Sequence record: SRR20825006_805
DNA length: 39,722 nucleotides
Direction: 5' to 3' (one strand)
The notes beneath the pieces were generated by a model that was given only the letters and a program-made list of their open reading frames with translations, was not told the DNA's origin and made no database searches. Positions 37,769-39,722 of this stretch are shown here, piece after piece (within the stretch, counting starts at the first letter, position 1; every line of letters begins with the position of its first letter). The position numbers were made by a program, and so were the translations under genes.

Positions 37769-39580
37769 ATGAGCAGCGACGCGATATCTTCCTCGGCATC
37801 CTCGGTTGCCGCGGAATCTTCCTCTCTTTCGTCAGATGAGGAGTCGAGTAATTTTCGCCGGCTCTTCAAACTCGCCAGACCACACGCGGGGCCATTGACC
37901 CTGGCGACCCTGTCTCTGTTTATCGGATCGGGGATCGGGCTGCTCTACCCTCAAATGGCCAGGTTCACCATCGATGATGTGATCCAACAGGGTGGAACTG
38001 CGGGCATGGACATGCGAACGATCGGGCTGCTTTTGCTCGGTTTGTTCGCGGTTCAAGCGGTGTTCGTGAGTATTCGCTACTACCTCTTCACGGTGGTCGG
38101 CGATCGCATCGTGACCGATCTCCGCAACGATCTTTATCGCGCGATCATGTCTCAGGAGATGGGGTTCTTCGACGAGCGCAAGACCGGCGAACTCACCAGC
38201 CGACTCGCCAGTGATACGCAGGTGTTGCAGAGCGCTGTGACCGTGAACCTCTCGATGCTGCTGCGCTACGGCGCCCAGGCGGTGGGCGCGTTCGGGCTGA
38301 TGTTTATCACCTCGTGGAAGCTCTCGCTGGTGCTGCTCGTGTTGCTGCCGGTCGTCTTCGGCGTGGCGATCGTCTACGGCAGGATGGTCCGCAAGCTCTC
38401 GAGGAAGGTCCAGGATGCGATCGCTGCGTCGACCTCGATCGCCGAGGAGACGATCTCCGGCGTGCGCACTGTGCGAAGCTTCGCGCGCGAGGGGCAAGAG
38501 CGCGGTCGCTACATGGAGGCGACCGAGGAGTCCTTTAACCTCGCCAAAAAGCGCGCCGTGCTGGGCTCCTTCTTTGGCGGTGGGATGTCCTTCCTCGGCT
38601 ATGGCGCCATGGCTGTGGTCCTCTGGGTCGGCAGCACGATGGTGATGGAGAAGACGATCACGCCTGGTGATTTGACCGCGTTCATCCTCTACACGCTGAT
38701 GCTCTCGTTCTCACTCGGTGCCTTGAGTGGGTTGTATGGCGACCTGATGAAAGCTGTCGGTGCGAGCGAGCGCGTCTTCGGATTGCTCGACCGCCAACCC
38801 GCGTTGCCTGTGAAAGAAGACGCTCGCGTGCAACCCCCAGAGCGCGGCGAGGTGACCTTCGAGAACGTCAGGTTCGCCTACCCGACGCGGCCAGAGATCG
38901 ATGCGCTGGGTGGCGTCTCTTTCACGCTCGAGCCAGGAAAGAAGCTCGCGCTCGTCGGCCCATCGGGATCTGGCAAGTCCACCGTCGCTGCGCTCCTGTC
39001 GAGGTTTTACGATCCTCAACAGGGCGACATCGCCATCGATCACATCGATCTCAAGAACTGGGACCCCGATGCCTTGCGCGAGTCTGTCGGGATGGTCGCG
39101 CAGGAACCGATCCTGTTCTCGGGGACCATCCGCGAGAACGTCCTCTACGGGAAGCCCGGCGCCAGCGACGAGGAGGTCCTGGCGGCGCTCGAGGCCGCGA
39201 ACGCGCGCGGTTTTGTCGAGGACTTCCCTGAAGGAGTCGAGACCGTGATCGGCGAGCGTGGCGTGCGCCTGAGCGGCGGCCAGAAGCAACGCATCGCTAT
39301 CGCCAGAGCTGTGCTCAAGGACCCCGCGGTGTTGATCCTCGACGAGGCAACCAGCGCGCTCGATGTCGAGAGTGAGGCCGTGGTGCAGCGCGCGCTCGAG
39401 CGCTTGATGGAAGGGCGCACGACGCTGATCATCGCGCACAGGCTCTCGACGATCCGCAACGCGGACACTGTCGTCGTGCTCGATCGCGGTCAGGTGGTCG
39501 AAGCCGGGACACACCGCGAGCTCATGGCGCACCAATCCCTCTACTATCGCCTCGTCGAATCGCAGCAGCTCCTCGACTGA
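37769..39580 (+). CDS. ABC transporter, fused permease/ATP-binding (ABCB/MsbA-like half transporter)
   Basis: TM domain, GPSGSGKS, LSGGQKQR, ILDEATSALD and IAHRLST. Confidence 0.93.
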   Translation: MSSDAISSSASSVAAESSSLSSDEESSNFRRLFKLARPHAGPLTLATLSLFIGSGIGLLYPQMARFTIDDVIQQGGTAGMDMRTIGLLLLGLFAVQAVFVSIRYYLFTVVGDRIVTDLRNDLYRAIMSQEMGFFDERKTGELTSRLASDTQVLQSAVTVNLSMLLRYGAQAVGAFGLMFITSWKLSLVLLVLLPVVFGVAIVYGRMVRKLSRKVQDAIAASTSIAEETISGVRTVRSFAREGQERGRYMEATEESFNLAKKRAVLGSFFGGGMSFLGYGAMAVVLWVGSTMVMEKTITPGDLTAFILYTLMLSFSLGALSGLYGDLMKAVGASERVFGLLDRQPALPVKEDARVQPPERGEVTFENVRFAYPTRPEIDALGGVSFTLEPGKKLALVGPSGSGKSTVAALLSRFYDPQQGDIAIDHIDLKNWDPDALRESVGMVAQEPILFSGTIRENVLYGKPGASDEEVLAALEAANARGFVEDFPEGVETVIGERGVRLSGGQKQRIAIARAVLKDPAVLILDEATSALDVESEAVVQRALERLMEGRTTLIIAHRLSTIRNADTVVVLDRGQVVEAGTHRELMAHQSLYYRLVESQQLLD

Positions 39581-39722
39581 GCGTCATGGTTTGCGCGCAA
39601 GCCCCCTGTCACTCGCGACCTGTTCGAGAGGTCGCGATGTGGGGTCGTGGTGTGTTTTTGCATGCCAGGAGGGTGTAGAAGAGATGCGCGCCCCGGCCCC
39701 CCCGAAACACGCCTGCCATGGT

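Noticed and set aside
38844-38878. GCGGCGAG-N21-TTCGCC in the ABC transporter gene
   Set aside because: One mismatch in the right arm; probably a degenerate copy but excluded from the strict count.
39613-39637. Hairpin TCGCGACCT-N7-AGGTCGCGA after the ABC gene
   Set aside because: No adjacent U-tract, so too weak to call a terminator.
1-39722. Visually frequent CTCGAG, TCGA and GATC
   Set aside because: Plausibly due to CTC, GAG and ATC codon preference; I could not separate it from codon bias without computation.

Overview
GC-rich bacterial chromosomal segment. The gene styles (kinase-TPR-GAF-sigma54 activator, PEGA, TPR and HEAT proteins, OleC) suggest a myxobacterium/Bradymonadia-like deltaproteobacterium (inference). 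About 30 CDS: oleC-like ligase, HEAT protein, SDR, a 1630-aa sigma54 activator facing a divergent -24/-12 promoter and lipoprotein, PEGA protein, Ycf46-type AAA ATPase, alpha/beta hydrolase, Fpg/MutM, TPR protein, Ser/Thr kinase, AEC transporter, NUDIX-MBL fusion, ROK kinase, two paralogous beta-barrel proteins around a cyclophilin, ppk1-thiS-thiG-thiE, a DUF4178-like trio, glmS and an ABC half-transporter. I saw no rRNA, tRNA, CRISPR or transposase. The strongest unexplained signal is a highly iterated gapped palindrome, GGCGAG-N21/22-CTCGCC (half-site consensus GMGGCGAG). A manual scan found 23 copies against roughly 0.3 expected by chance: 16 inside genes in all three reading frames and 7 intergenic, some of which form the stems of terminator hairpins. 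Other signals: a 119-bp element with perfect 25-bp terminal inverted repeats, a second candidate sigma54 promoter driving a 72-aa orphan, and a + strand terminator with no annotated + strand gene.
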